A stretch of 64,000 nucleotides of DNA from Eledone cirrhosa (GCA_964016885.1 OZ024741.1:226610001-226674000); one strand, 5' to 3'. Shown: positions 13,346 through 29,052, counted from the first letter of the stretch. Notes: generated from the sequence alone by a model not told the origin. A program made the numbers and translations.

Positions 13346-14868
13346 AGGGCTTACTGAAAAAAACAACACAGTACCTTTGAAATATATATAATAAAGTATA
13401 TACTTTGATTATGAGAATATTTTTCATTTCTTAATATTTTGAATAATATTAAAAACTCCAGGAAAACCACTCTTGAGTGCTTCTAATCTATTGTAAAATT
13501 GTATTCATTGAGTAATTGACTAATCTTTGGTCATATATATATGACCAAAGATTAGTATGGTTCGTTGATTACTCAATGAATACAATTTTACAATAGATTA
13601 GAAGCACTCAACAGTGAGTTTTCCTAGAGTTTTTAATATTATTCAAAATATTAACAAATGAAAAATATTCTCATAATCAAAATATATACTTTATTATATA
13701 CTAGCAGTGGTACCCGGTATTGCACGAGATAAGGTATTTTGGAACGCGGGCAGCCAACAGACCTAATCGTGGAAAAACTGCATGGCAGAACAATATGTAA
13801 AGAAAATATACCGAATACTCTGATGGCTGGATAATCTTTAAGATTTTCCTCGATGAAGCAGGAAAAGTGCAGGTTTTCACCTAATGCGGGCCCTAGCGGA
13901 TCAAGAAAATTAATTTTTTTATGTGCATAATATACCTTGAAATTTCGGGAAAATCAGCTAGATGTATCGCCTCCAAAACGCCCTAAAAAGCTGAAAAAAT
14001 CAAGTTTTTCACCTAATGCCATACAAATTTGGATTTTCTTTGCTCGCGGTATGAAGAAGAGACTGACTAATACATAGTTATAATTTCAAGGAAATCGGTC
14101 TGACGTAACGCCTGAAAAACCCCTAAAAACTTTTTAAATGTAGTTTTTCACCTAATGCGGGCCCTAGGAGACCAAAAAGTTGAATTTTTTAATGTGCATA
14201 ACACTCCCTGAACCATAAGTAACACACATGTAACGTTTGAAAAAAATCGGTTGGGTACTTCTCGAGGCTTAGGGATTCAAACTCACACACACACACACAT
14301 ACACACACACGGACAGACATCCTCAGGGAAGTGACGCAATGCAGACAGCCAGACATACAGATAGATATTATAAGGGCTCGACGTTATATGTATGTATCTA
14401 TCTAAAAAGAGAAAGACTAAGAATTATAGAGATCGCTAAATCGCCTAATGCGCCTAGGGCATTGACAATTTGGAATTTTCTTTGCTCAGACCACTCCCGG
14501 AAATATAAGTATTACATGTGTAAAGTTTGAAAACAGTCGGTTGGGTGCTTCTTGAGTTTTAGGGATTCAAACTCACGTACACACAGACAGACATCCTCAG
14601 TTTTATAGATATTTCAAAGGTACAGTGTTGTTTTTTCCCTACGTCCTCATCAGACAAAATATATGATTTGATATATGACATACAGCTATGGTCTTGATTA
14701 TTTTGTTCCAGTATTCAAGACCGTAGTGTTATCTCATATATCAAATCATATATTTTGTCTGGCGAGGAGGTACTGAAAAAAAACAACACAGTACCTTTGA
14801 AATATATATAATAAAGTATATATTTTGATTATGAGAATATTTTTCATTTGTTAATATTTTGAAGAATT

Positions 14869-14870
<2 letters not shown>
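13341..14870. mobile_element. Three alternating (+,-,+) copies of a hammerhead-bearing PLE 3' segment
   Basis: Palindrome centres near 13537 and 14705; motif ctg(a)tga-ggaggtactg..cagtaccttt-gaaa-tatat-ata at 13341-13396, 14754-14815 and on the minus strand split by a Helitron. Confidence 0.8.
13701..14609 (-). mobile_element. Non-autonomous Helitron
   Basis: Minus strand starts TCtataaaactgaggatgtctgtctg and ends cgtgcaataccgggtaccactgCTAG; sits between A and T with no TSD; removing it restores the interrupted repeat. Confidence 0.88.
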
Positions 14871-14934
<64 letters not shown>

Positions 14935-14967
14935 GGTTGAAAAGTTAGAAAATTCTAATAAATCTGC

Positions 14968-15032
<65 letters not shown>

Positions 15033-15190
15033 TATATAAATTTTGAGTATATGTTGGTTGTTTACCGACACCTCAATATGCAGTTGAAGCACTCGACGCA
15101 GTGCGCAGGGTGGTTTGGTTACTCCGCAGTAATACAAAATAAAATGATTAAGTCAAATATTTAAAATTTGGCTTCGTTTATTAAAGGTGT

Positions 15191-15245
15191 ACTGCTATAT
15201 ATATTTCGGTGACAGCCATCCTTGGCTGTGACCTCTACAGGCAGT
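15191..15245 (-). ncRNA. Hammerhead motif (core CUGUAGA, degenerate)
   Basis: actgc-ctgtaga-ggtcacagccaaggatggctgtcacc-gaaa-tatat-ata-gcagt. Confidence 0.65.
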
Positions 15246-16685
15246 CCGAATTGCTGTGGTAGAGACGGGTACACATGTTGTTGAAGTGTTTAACTCCGTC
15301 AATGCTCCGATATGTCCAGTTCCTGGTTGGGTTGTTATTTCTCTGAGGAACTGTAATCATATGAATTCGAACAAACGAATTTCGGCGTCAAAGGACACTC
15401 TCTCCTCCCATTGGTCAGTTGTGAGAACATTCCTCAGTCAAAATTCTATAGAAATTTTTTCTGAGGTAAGGCAATCTGTTGTTGTTGTTTTTGTTAAGTA
15501 CAGCTGACCTCCTCCCTTGTGTTGGTAGTGGTGTTGGTGTTGGAGGTCATTAGCCAGGTCAGCTTTAGTTCCGCTGCTGCTATTTTTAGAAGAATTTGTG
15601 TAGCCACCATTTCTCGTGGTGGTGGGGGAGTGCCAAACTGATGAAGAAATAAGATCAAGTAAAATGGAGAAATAAAAGAATATAAGGCAATAAAATGATA
15701 AAATAAAAAAATAAATAAATAAATAAATAAAATAAACGAAAAAATAATAAAATAGAATAAGATAATAAAACAATAAAATAATAAAATAAAATGCGGGTGT
15801 GTTATAACCAATCTCAAAGTTTGAAAGATTTGGAAGATATTGACAGAAGTAGAAAGTCTGTGTCAGAATCAAGAAGTGCAAAGGATCACAATCTTTACAC
15901 TATCATTGTGTGGTGCGTTTTAAGAGCAAATGAGACAAGGGTGGAGTGTAAAACACCGGAACTCGAGTGTTAAAATCCGGAAATCCAGAGGACTACAGTT
16001 CCTATTTCGGTATAGGGTACATATGCGTGTATGTCAACTCACATCGTTCCAAGCACACACACACAGGCACAGGCCCAGGTGCATCCCCTATGCACACACA
16101 CGCACGCACACACACACACACATACACACACATTATAAACCCCCAAACCCCCACCCACATACACCCCCACCCCCACCCCCACGCACACACCCACACCCAC
16201 ACACACACATGTAAGTAAATGTGCAAGTACAATCTTAAATAACAGTATCTATGTATGGACATATGCATAAGTATGTGTTGTCACAGGAGTCGATCGAGGC
16301 AGGGGTAGAGGTGGTGACTGTGCAGGAGGTGGTTTACCGTGGGCTCGGTGTGGTGGGGCTGCTGTTTATCAGGCTGCTTCCACCTCTGAGTATCTCGAGG
16401 GTCTCGCTCAGACATAGTTTGCAGATGCCAGATCCCTCTTTATCGGGTGGTACTTTCCTGATTTTGGACCAGGCCAGAGAGTACGGGGTCCTGTCCAGCT
16501 TGAGCTTCCAGATCAGTTGAGAAAGAGCCGTACTTTTCCTTTTGTCCTCCCTATTAAAGGAATGGTGATGGTTATAACATCGGTCTTTAAAGCTCGTTGA
16601 CGTGGCTCCTATGTAAAGGTGTTCAGAGTTGGGGGGTTTTACTCTACATCCCTATATTAAGTTCTTCCTAAGGCATTCATTACTA

Positions 16686-17060
16686 AAGAACTTAATATAC
16701 GGATGTAGAGTAAAAAACCCCAACTCTGAACACCTTTACATAGGGGCCACATTAACGAGCTTTAAAGGCCGATGGTATAACCATCGCCATTCCTTTAATA
16801 GGGAGGACAAAAGAAAAAGTACGGCTCTTTCCGAACTGATCTGGAAGCTCAAGCTGGACAAGACCCCGTACTCTCTGCTATGGTCCAAAATCAGGAAAGT
16901 ACCACCTGATAAAGTGGGATCTGGCATCTGCAAACTATGTCTGAGCGAGACCCTCGAGATACTCAGAGGTGGAAGCAGCCTGATAAACCTCAGGACTGAC
17001 TTCTTCGGGACATGTAGACACCTCAGGGCCGGGACCGTCCTCAAGCTATATGGACAGTAA
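16686..17060 (+). pseudogene. GIY-YIG endonuclease C-terminal fragment of a PLE
   Basis: NLIYGC..LYIGAT..FKGRWYNH..STALSELIWKLK..CKLCLSE..INLRTD..CRH; antisense twin at about 16365-16680. Confidence 0.9.
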
Positions 17061-17500
17061 CAACACATTGGGATGGGAACTTCCCTCAAGCTATAGGGAC
17101 TTCTCCGGAACATGTAGACATCTCAGGGCCGGGACCCTCCTTAAGCTATATAGACAGTAACAACACATTAAGATGGGAACTCCCCTCCAGCTAGAGGGAC
17201 TTCTCCGGGACATGTATACACCTCAGGGCCGGGACCTTCCTTAAGCTATATGGACAGTAACAACACATTGGGATGGGAACTCCCCTCCAGCTATAGGGAC
17301 TTCTCCGGGACATGTAGACACCTCAGGGCCGGGACCTTCCTCAAGCTATATGGACAGTAACAACACATTAGGATGGGAACTTCCCTCCAGCTATAGGGAC
17401 TTCTCCGGGACATGTAGACACCTCAGGGCCGGGACCTTCCTCAAGCTATATGGACAATAACAACACATTGGGATGGGAACTTCCCTCTAGCTACTAGGAC
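17001..17500 (+). repeat. Tandem array, 5 x 100 bp
   Basis: ttctycggracatgtagacacctcagggccgggacc.. recurs at 17001, 17101, 17201, 17301 and 17401. Confidence 0.95.
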
Positions 17501-18649
17501 AGCAGCCCCACCACACCGAGCCCACCGTAAACCACCTCCTGCACAGTCACCACCTCTACCCCTGCCTCGATCGACTCCTGTGACAACACATACTTATGCA
17601 TATGTCCATACATAGATACTGTTATTTAAGATTGTACTTGCACATTTACTTACATGTGTGTGTGTGGGGGGTGCATGTGGGTGTGGGTGTGTGCGTGGGG
17701 GGTATGTGGGTGTGGGTTTGGGGGTTTATAATGTGTGTGTGTGTGTATGTCTGTGTGTGTGCGTGCGTGTGTGTGCATAGGGGATGCACCTGGGCATGTG
17801 CCTGTGTGTGTGTGCTTGGAACGATGTGAGTTGACATACACGCATATGTACTCTATGCCGAAATAAGAACTGTAGTCCTCTGAATTTCCGGATTTTAACA
17901 CTCGAGTTCTGGTGTTTTACACTCCACCCTTGTCTCATTTGCTCTTAAAACGCACCACACCATGATAGTGTAAAGATTGTGATCCTTTGCACTTCTTGAT
18001 TCTGACACAGCCTTTCTACTTCTGTCAATATCTTCCAAATCTTTCAAACTTTGAGATTGGTTATAACACACGCACATTTTATTTTATTATTTTATTTTAT
18101 TATTTTTACTATTTTATTATTTTTTTGTTTATTTATTGTTTTTTATTTTATTTTATTGTTTTTTTTTCTTCATTTTATTGCCTTATATTCTTTTATTTCT
18201 CCATTTCCCTTTATCTTATTTCTTCAACTGCTTGCCTCCCCCCCCCCCCCCACCACCACCACGAGAAATGGTAGCAGGATAGATGCCAACACACACAAAG
18301 TCTTCTAAAAATAGCAACAGCCGAACTGAAGCTGACCTGGCTAATGACCCCCCAACGTCAACACCACTACCAACACAAGGGAGGAGGTCAGCTGTACTTA
18401 ATAAAAACAACTACAACAGATTGCCCTGCCTCGGAAAAATTTTCTATAGACTTTTGACTGAGGAATGTTCTCACAACTGACCAATGGGAGGAGAGAGTGT
18501 CCTTTGACGCCGAAATTCATTTATTCGAATTCATATGATTCCAGTTCCTCAGAGAAATATCAACCCAACCAGGAACTGGACATATCGGAGTATTGACAGA
18601 GTTAAACACTTCAACAACATGTGTACCCGTCTCTACCACACTATTTCGG

Positions 18650-18704
18650 ACTGCCTGGAGAGGTCACAGCCAAGGATGGCTGTCACCGAAATATATATAG
18701 CAGT
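18650..18704 (+). ncRNA. Hammerhead motif (core CUGGAGA, degenerate)
   Basis: Same architecture as 15191-15245; stem I actgc/gcagt. Confidence 0.65.
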
Positions 18705-18753
18705 ACACCTTTAATAAACGAAGCAAAATTTTAAATATTTGACTTAATTATTT

Positions 18754-18829
<76 letters not shown>

Positions 18830-18835
<6 letters not shown>

Positions 18836-19543
18836 AGTATGTATACGTACATACATATATGTGTACAGACGCACAGTAGTATGTATATATATACATACAT
18901 GCACACATATATATATGTACGTATGGGTTTACCGAACATTTATTATAATGTTCGGTTTGTTTGTAAGCAAACAGCCCGAATTACGCCGTACAGTGCTCGG
19001 CAACCATCGTCGCCCTTTTGTTCAACAACTGACACATGAACGATGTACTAGTTTCAAGCTTATTAGCTATCGTCAGCATCGTATACCTTTCTGTCAGATG
19101 ATTGAACGTCTGAAAGTATATACTTTCCTTATGCATATTATCGGCTGAACAGCCTAATTTGCATATCGAGTGAGTTAGTCGGCCGGGCACACCGAAAACG
19201 ATAAATGGAAAAGAATGAAACGAAATTTCATTTCTCATTCTTAGTACGGCTGATACCTAAATATAAGTATGTATACGTACATACATATATGTGTACAGAC
19301 GTACAGTAGTATGTATATATATACATACATGCACACATATATATATATGTACGTATGGATTTACCGAACATTTATTATAATGTTCGGCTTGTTTGTAAAC
19401 AAACATCCCGAATTACGCCGTACAGTGCTCGGCGTACTACTGTGCGTCTGTACACATATATGTATGTACGTATACATACTTATATTTAGGTATCAGCCGT
19501 ACTAAGAGTGAGAAATGAAACCTCGTTTCATTTTTTTCCAAAT

Positions 19544-19545
<2 letters not shown>
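18830..19545. mobile_element. Non-coding hammerhead unit (~430 bp), partial tandem plus inverted arm
   Basis: 18830-19001 repeated at 19260-19433; 19434-19540 is an inverted copy of about 19205-19310; (TA)n on both sides. Confidence 0.85.
19040..19082 (-). ncRNA. Minimal type I hammerhead ribozyme, intact core
   Basis: acgatg-ctgacga-tagctaataagctt-gaaac-ta-gta-catcgt; 6 bp stem I. Confidence 0.85.
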
Positions 19546-19632
<87 letters not shown>

Positions 19633-19637
<5 letters not shown>

Positions 19638-19868
19638 AAAGAATAGAGGTGTAACACACAAGTTATTATATATTGGTAAACGGAATAGAAAATGCTGACA
19701 AATTGTTCACAGTTGAAAAATGGTTTAATTAGGAATAAAAGAGTATTAGTGATTGTATGGGTTAGTATTCAGTTGTGGTTTTAAGTTTTAAAGTTTCTAC
19801 CGGTTGCGCATTTCTAAATGCTTTTCAAAAATAATTTTGAGATAGAGTGTCCGTGTTGTTTGCTCTGA

Positions 19869-19872
<4 letters not shown>
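19633..19872 (-). mobile_element. Solo 3' fragment of the PLE family at 42219-46640
   Basis: Near-identical to 42219-42458; embedded in (TA)n. Confidence 0.9.
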
Positions 19873-19930
<58 letters not shown>

Positions 19931-20214
19931 GATTTATTAGAATTTTCTAAATGTTCAACCTCTCGTTATTTCAATCCTACCTCGTACTTTAAATGAGTTT
20001 GTTATATGATATGCTATTGAATTTGAATACTTGATAGACACGAAGGTCACATACTAGGCTGCAGTGAGGACATAGATTAGTACGAAGGCCTTTTTAACAG
20101 TTGTAATAATGCGACAAAACTAAGTTGTCGCTGCAACAATATTTTATAGAATTCTATTTTACTAGTACCGTATATTTTCCAAACATTGTTTAGGAATGTT
20201 TATACTCACAAATA

Positions 20215-21505
<1,291 letters not shown>

Positions 21506-21506
<1 letters not shown>

Positions 21507-22430
21507 TACAGAACTGCTAAATCTTTGAGGGCATTGCATGAATGTTGTAAAGGATCTCATGGTAAAGGATGCAGAAGTTATGAAAATAGAAATTTATTTC
21601 AGAAGAAAATTGAATGATTAATTTTTATATTCTTCCTGGTGCATCTATTCAATGAATCCTCCGTTAGAATCCCTGACCACTTCAACACAAGGTCTAAAGC
21701 GTTCACGTGCCTAATCAGTTGATCTTTATCTATTTGACGCATTGTACTTGTTATGGCGGACTTTATTTTGATATAGGGATGTTGATTGACTTCTCTTTCG
21801 ATTACGTCCCGCAAATAGTAGTCCAACGTATTCATTCATGTCTGGAGAGTTAGGTGTCCATATGTTTGGGGTGAGGTCATTTTGGCCTTTTGAGACGGTG
21901 CAGGGTCTTGTTGGTAGGTATCGATCTTCCTTTCTTGACGTTCTCTACCCAAAGACTGACAACCCTTTCCAACACCTCCTTATAGTCAGATGCAATGATT
22001 AGTTTCAAAGATCTTCCTGCACGATTCTTCCGATAAAGTGCTTGAAACCTTGCTCTCCTTAGCAATGATGTTAATTGACTTTCTGATGTTATTATCCATA
22101 CTTTCTGTGCCTTTCACACAGATTTCTGTGTTCTAATGTTATTAGGAACCTTAAAGTCTTAGAGGCGTTTTATGTTTGGCTACTTCTGTAGAATCTCGTT
22201 CAGCAGCTTCCAGCTTTTTGCAAACATTGACAACAAACTAACCATGCAACTTCCAAGAAACGAGCAATCGTGTTTAAGGCAATGATTACTGCACGCCTAC
22301 TTTCGTTTTCTGAGTTAGATTGATGTCTATCATAATTTATTTAAAAAAGAAATGATGATCAGTACAAGTTAGAAAAACGATAGAGCTATTAAAAGAGGTG
22401 TCCTCAAAAATCTGAAAAGCTCTTTTATAT
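21506..22430 (-). mobile_element. Decayed Tc1/mariner (maT-like) transposon
   Basis: Minus strand SPDMNxLDYY..IEREVNQHP..DGGFIE-like transposase C-terminus; diverged termini (tctttgagggca versus tttttgaggaca). Confidence 0.75.
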
Positions 22431-22442
22431 ATATGTACATAT

Positions 22443-22538
<96 letters not shown>

Positions 22539-23555
22539 CATATATACCATATACACACATACACATCTATATATATATTTATATGTACATATATATAAAA
22601 GAGCTTTTCAGATTTTTGAGGACACCTCTTTTAATAGCTCTATCGTTTTTCTAACTTGTACTGATCATCATTTCTTTTTTAAATATATATATACAAAATT
22701 AAATTAAGTGTGTCATGTCAGAGAGACATACACCATATCCAATGTAGAATATGCTCCAAGATTCTAATGAATAGATCCGAGCATTTAATATCAACTAGAA
22801 ATTGATTGACTTATATATATATATCTAAAATAAACATATGAAACAATCACAGGGAATAATTTGTAAAAATCTGTAAGCACACCTAGCTAGGTAGGTAACT
22901 AATTAAAATTTAACTAGAACTTTAAAAATAGATACCTTATAAATTGATTAATCTTCCTTGTATATATTTCATTAAAGAAATTTATTTCACCATTAATCGA
23001 TCGGTAAACCACAGTAGCAAAATCCGAATTTTCAACAAGGGAGAAGATCCAACTATCTGTGTTTACACAGCAAATTCAACTCTGCGAATAACTAATATGG
23101 AAAACGAAAAATGAGTGATGCATCGGAACACAATTTATTGTTTCTCCAGCTCGAGGTGCGATGTGTTTGTGGATCGAACCTGACTCTGGATTCGCAACTT
23201 CCTCAGATACGTCTAGTGGTTTCGAAGTAAATTCTCTTTCTGCTGGACCCCGACCCTTCAAATTTTTATCATCAGCCATCATCCTGTGTGCGGCACTTAG
23301 ATTGGTTGATAGTTCGTGACGTCATCATAGTGCTTGACCACTGAAATCTGCCCACTGGCCATTTCCATTCAGGCGTGAGCTGTCACTCACCCCAATCCCT
23401 TCGCCAACATTACTGCTGTGTGTAGGAGAGTTTTTATGAATTCCCATGCCAATCCCTTGCTTGCCTGCCTCCCCTTACATATACACCCACACGCACATGT
23501 TCTCACACCTATATACAGGCATTCCGAGCCTTTAATCGTACACTTTTTTGTGGAG

Positions 23556-23616
<61 letters not shown>

Positions 23617-23797
23617 GAGCTTGCGTGTTTGCGTTCACACATGTACATACATATATATATATATATATACACACATATATGCTCACCAATACATACACAG
23701 ACGCGCTTACATATGCATTCATTCAAGCCTACTCTTACACACATATATACACACATATATACATATATGTATATTTATATATATATATATGTGTGTG

Positions 23798-25260
23798 TAA
23801 ACCAACAGACTCCCAATCTTATCTCGACTTCACCTCCTCCCATCCAACCCACACCAAACACTCCATACCCTATTCTCAATTCCTCCGTCTTCGTCGACTC
23901 TGTAGCCAGGACGACGATTTCGAAACCCGTTCCCTTCGTATGGCGTCATCCATCGTGGATATTCCCCACCTCGATCCAAGCTGCTCTCACCCGCGCCCGT
24001 GAAACAGACCGCACCACAGCCCTCTTACCTCACCCCCGCCCTACCAACACCCGCGTTCCTTTCCCTCTCACCTACCACCCCATTACCCTACCACTCCGGT
24101 GACATATCCTCCGTTTCTCCGTATCCTCTCTTCTGACCCCGTCACTTCTCGCTTTTTTCCAAACCCACTCATTACTGCTTTTAAGTGCGCCCGCAACCTC
24201 CGTGACCTCTTGGTTCGCAGCTCCTTTTCGTCCTCTCCCACGACTCCACCCGGCTCTCACCCTTGTTCCCGTTCCCGCTGCAACACTTGTCCCTTTATTT
24301 CCACTCTCACTAATCTTACAGGCCCTTACAGGTCTTTCGGTATCCGCCATTCCTTCACCTGCACATCCACCCACGTTGTCTATGCCCTCCGGTGTTCCCT
24401 TTGCGGTGTTCCCTTTGCGGGTTTTTATATATCGGACAAACGGGACGCCGTATGGCGGACCAATTTACCGAACATTTGAGGGACATCAGACTCGGTTTGG
24501 ATACTCCTGTCGCCCGTCATTTCTGTTCTCCTGGTCATTCTTCCCTACATGTTTCAGTCCTAGGTGTCCTTTTACATCATGGATCACAGGCCTCACGCAC
24601 CAGGACTGTACAAAGTCTGATTCACCGCCTTGGGTCCTATTCCCCTCTTGGACTCAACTCACCTCCCCAATTTCTCTAATACCCCGTCCATTATCACACC
24701 CCTAGATTCCTATCGCTTTCTCTTGATCATTAGCAGCTTCTCTTACAACTAATACATGCCGATACACACCCTTATATTAACATACTTTTGCTCATAGATT
24801 TGTACTTACATGCACACACACTCTTTTATTCATATATACACACACATTTCTTCTTAGCTTCGTACGGACCTATAATAACACACACACACACATACACACA
24901 CACACACACACATGCTTACGCACGTGCTCAAGTATAGCTTTTTTTTACAAAACGTTTTTTCTCCATTTCAGGTAGACGCGCTCCATCATCCACTTTTCTA
25001 AAAGACAAACCATATACAAAACGCCAGCACCAACAGTTTTGCAAGAGATGTCAACATGAATGGACCTGTTATTTTTATCTAAAGACATTTATTTCAATTC
25101 CATCCCGCCCGTCCCTTCAATCTATTTTATTTCTCATTCTTTCTTTTGATGAAGGACTAGCGTCCGAAACGTAAAGACCCCCTTCCTTCTATATCAAGCG
25201 TTAACCTAATACATCCCTTCCATATACTGTACCAATTGCGTTGTTATTTCTATTTACCTT
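23798..25260 (+). mobile_element. 5'-truncated Neptune-like PLE (thumb plus GIY-YIG), frameshifted
   Basis: KPTDSQSYLDFTSSHP..SIPYSQFLRLRRLCS, CSRSRCNTC, FTCTSTHVVY, LYIGQTGRR..EHLRDI..PVARHF. Confidence 0.92.
25142..25177 (+). ncRNA. Minimal hammerhead ribozyme
   Basis: tctt-ttgatga-aggactagcgtcc-gaaac-gta-aaga. Confidence 0.75.
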
Positions 25261-26929
25261 TTACATATATATATATGTGTGTGCGTGCATGCACACGCAC
25301 ACATACACACACACACACACACACACATACGTGTGTGTACTTATGCATACACACACAAATATATACATATGTATATACACACACGCCCATATATGCACTC
25401 ACACCCAGACAGATATACACACACACTCGTATGCACATATTTAAAATAAACAGTATAAAATATTTGGAAAGTGCATATAAGCATGCACATGCTGCTGTAC
25501 ATCATTTAGTGCACATCGAAATATTACGTGGGGGAATACGTGAAAAGTACAAAAAAAAGTACATATGGAGGATACGTCAATAAATGCATGCAGCATCTCG
25601 CATAACGGTATATACTTATATGCAGACACATTTTGATGCACATGTTGACTGGGTTGGCATTATGGTACTAACTAATCCACATATAGAAACCTTAAACAAA
25701 ATTACATATGGGAAGCTCATAAGAATAATGTAAAGGGTATACCCAAAACATATATAAAATATATAAAGAATATCTAAAAATATCTAAAAATATATAAGAA
25801 ATATATAAGAAATACACATGGGGTTGTACATGAAAATATACATAAAGTGTTAAATAATGGAATACGTAGAGAAAATACACACACTACTTAAAAAATACAT
25901 ATGTAGGGAGTGCGGAAGAACAGCTTATAATGTACTATGTTACTGTGGCTGAAATAGAGTGCGTTAGTGATGTATGATACGGGATTGTCTATACCCATGG
26001 AAATTGAGCCGCCGTGTCCTGGCTACTGCGACGGCGGTGTTTAAGATGAGGTGCAGAGTAAAATGAGCAGCATTGATTGTGTCGACCTACCCCACAGGGG
26101 GGCATACATAGTCATCACAGTATGGTGTCGGTTCCCATGGACTCACGCCGTCACCCCGACTGACGTCCGCTTCCCCGTATGGCTTTAGTTTGGGCCATCC
26201 GAGGATATCTCTGCGTAGAGTGTGCACCTTCGCTGGTGTCCGCATGTCATGATGATCTCCGATTTCAGGTTGACTGCGTCATCCTTTATTCTCACTATCT
26301 CCATGGCCTCTTGCCGGCCGAATATGCACTGGCACATTGAAGGTGCGCTTGGTGTTGGGCGTGTTAACCACACATTTATAGACGACGCCCTTCGTTAGGC
26401 GTCTTCCCTGCAGAGGGCATTGTGTGCCTACTCTGCAGTTGCAGGTTCGGTCGGTTGCTCATTCCTTACGCTGGGTACTGGCCTGAGTACTGCGTTCTCC
26501 CGATTCTCCGGGTGTTGTTCTGCCGGTGCGGTGGGCTCCTTTCTGTCTTTCAGTGCCACCTGGTAGTCGAGTATTGTGTCTTCCGCGGGTATGTCGGCTA
26601 CTGTGGGCACCGGGCTATAGTTGGTAACCCTGCATCCATGTGGTCCTCCCGGCCCCCCAGGATCGTCGGCCGCCTGCTGTAGTTGGCCGTCGAGTTTCCC
26701 CAACTTCACCGCATTGGTTTTGGCCATATAGTCTGCCATGTTAGGTGCTGTGGAGAAGGAGAACTTCACTGTGTGGCAGTTGAATATCTTGTGGTATCTG
26801 TTCGATGCCGGCAAGCACTCGTCCAATGCTCTGAAGAAGAGGCCTGGTACATTGTGGCATACATGTTTCATATACGGTGCATTAAACCACGTAATAGTCT
26901 TAGACCTTGTCCTATTCCGTCCTCTGTGT

Positions 26930-27943
<1,014 letters not shown>

Positions 27944-28638
27944 ATGTGTGTTGGGTCTGGTATCCCTCCCGGGTTGTGTCTACCCGTTAGTTCATCCCCT
28001 ATGTTACTCCTATCTATATAGCTATCATGTGCGTCCGGATTACACCGTTCGCTTACTAAAATATTCTGTTCTATAGTGTCGGCCCTACTGGTAATCCCAT
28101 TATTGCTATCTGGTGCTTCTGTCGGGGCTATGCCTATGCTATTGATCCGGGTATTCCCCCTATCTGGTTCCACGTCCAGAGCTGCCTTTACTCTGTCACT
28201 AGTTCTAGTTCCCCCATCGCGTATTGTGTCTGTGTTGTGATTCAGTCTGCGTGTACTATGTGGTCTACCGTCCCCGTGTGCCTTCGTCTATCTAAGTGTC
28301 AGTTGTGTGTCCTTGTGGTAACCTATATCTAGCCATATTTTTAGATGCGTGTTTCCGGGTTTTCTGCCTACCTATGGAAGTACTATTGTTATCCTCATAT
28401 GCGTGTTTCTCACCGCTGGGCCCTTCCCTGTCTGGGATGTACACTATGGCTTCTGTGTAACCGGCCCTGCGCAGTGCCAATTATAATAATCGGCGTGCTG
28501 GTTAAACACGTCTGCGTTAGCCGACAGGGTGGATACGCGGTTGGATCCCCCTTTTACTATGGCGTCTATTACGGACATGGGGTGGTTCGAGTGCCTGTTT
28601 ACATATTGCAGGTTCTCGTTGGGCTTCGAAACCACTAG

Positions 28639-28730
28639 ACGTATCTGAGGAACTTGCGAATCCAGAGTCAGGTCGATCTACAAACGGATCGCACCTCGAG
28701 CTGTTCGCCGGAGAAACACTTGTAATACGT
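28639..28730 (+). ncRNA. Hammerhead with long structured stem II
   Basis: acgtat-ctgagga-[~60 nt]-gaaac-actt-gta-atacgt. Confidence 0.75.
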
Positions 28731-28880
28731 AATAAATTGTGTTCCGATGCATCAATGATTTTTCGTTTTCTATATTATCATACTCTGTTCCGAAAGAGCA
28801 TAGAGTGCTCAACCAGCATACCACCTATGGACGCATCCTAGCAACCATGCTACACACACATATATATGTATGTCTACGTC

Positions 28881-28911
<31 letters not shown>

Positions 28912-28980
28912 TATATATATTTATATATATATATATATATATTTGTTTCGACACACGATTTCATATAAAAAACCTCGCAA

Positions 28981-29052
<72 letters not shown>

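Larger units (their letters stand above)
15033..18760. mobile_element. 3.7 kb fold-back PLE (Naiad-like), arms about 1.5 kb
   Basis: About 15139-16667 is the diverged reverse complement of about 16686-18760; centre lies inside the GIY-YIG coding region; microsatellites on both sides. Confidence 0.92.

Noticed and set aside
17001-17500. CRISPR-like array
   Set aside because: Whole units repeat with no unique spacers, no cas genes, eukaryotic TE context
15033-18760. Long inverted repeats as assembly artefacts or DNA-transposon TIRs
   Set aside because: Arms differ by many substitutions and indels, have unequal ends and carry PLE coding sequence and hammerheads; artefact remains possible only for the identical pair at 22339
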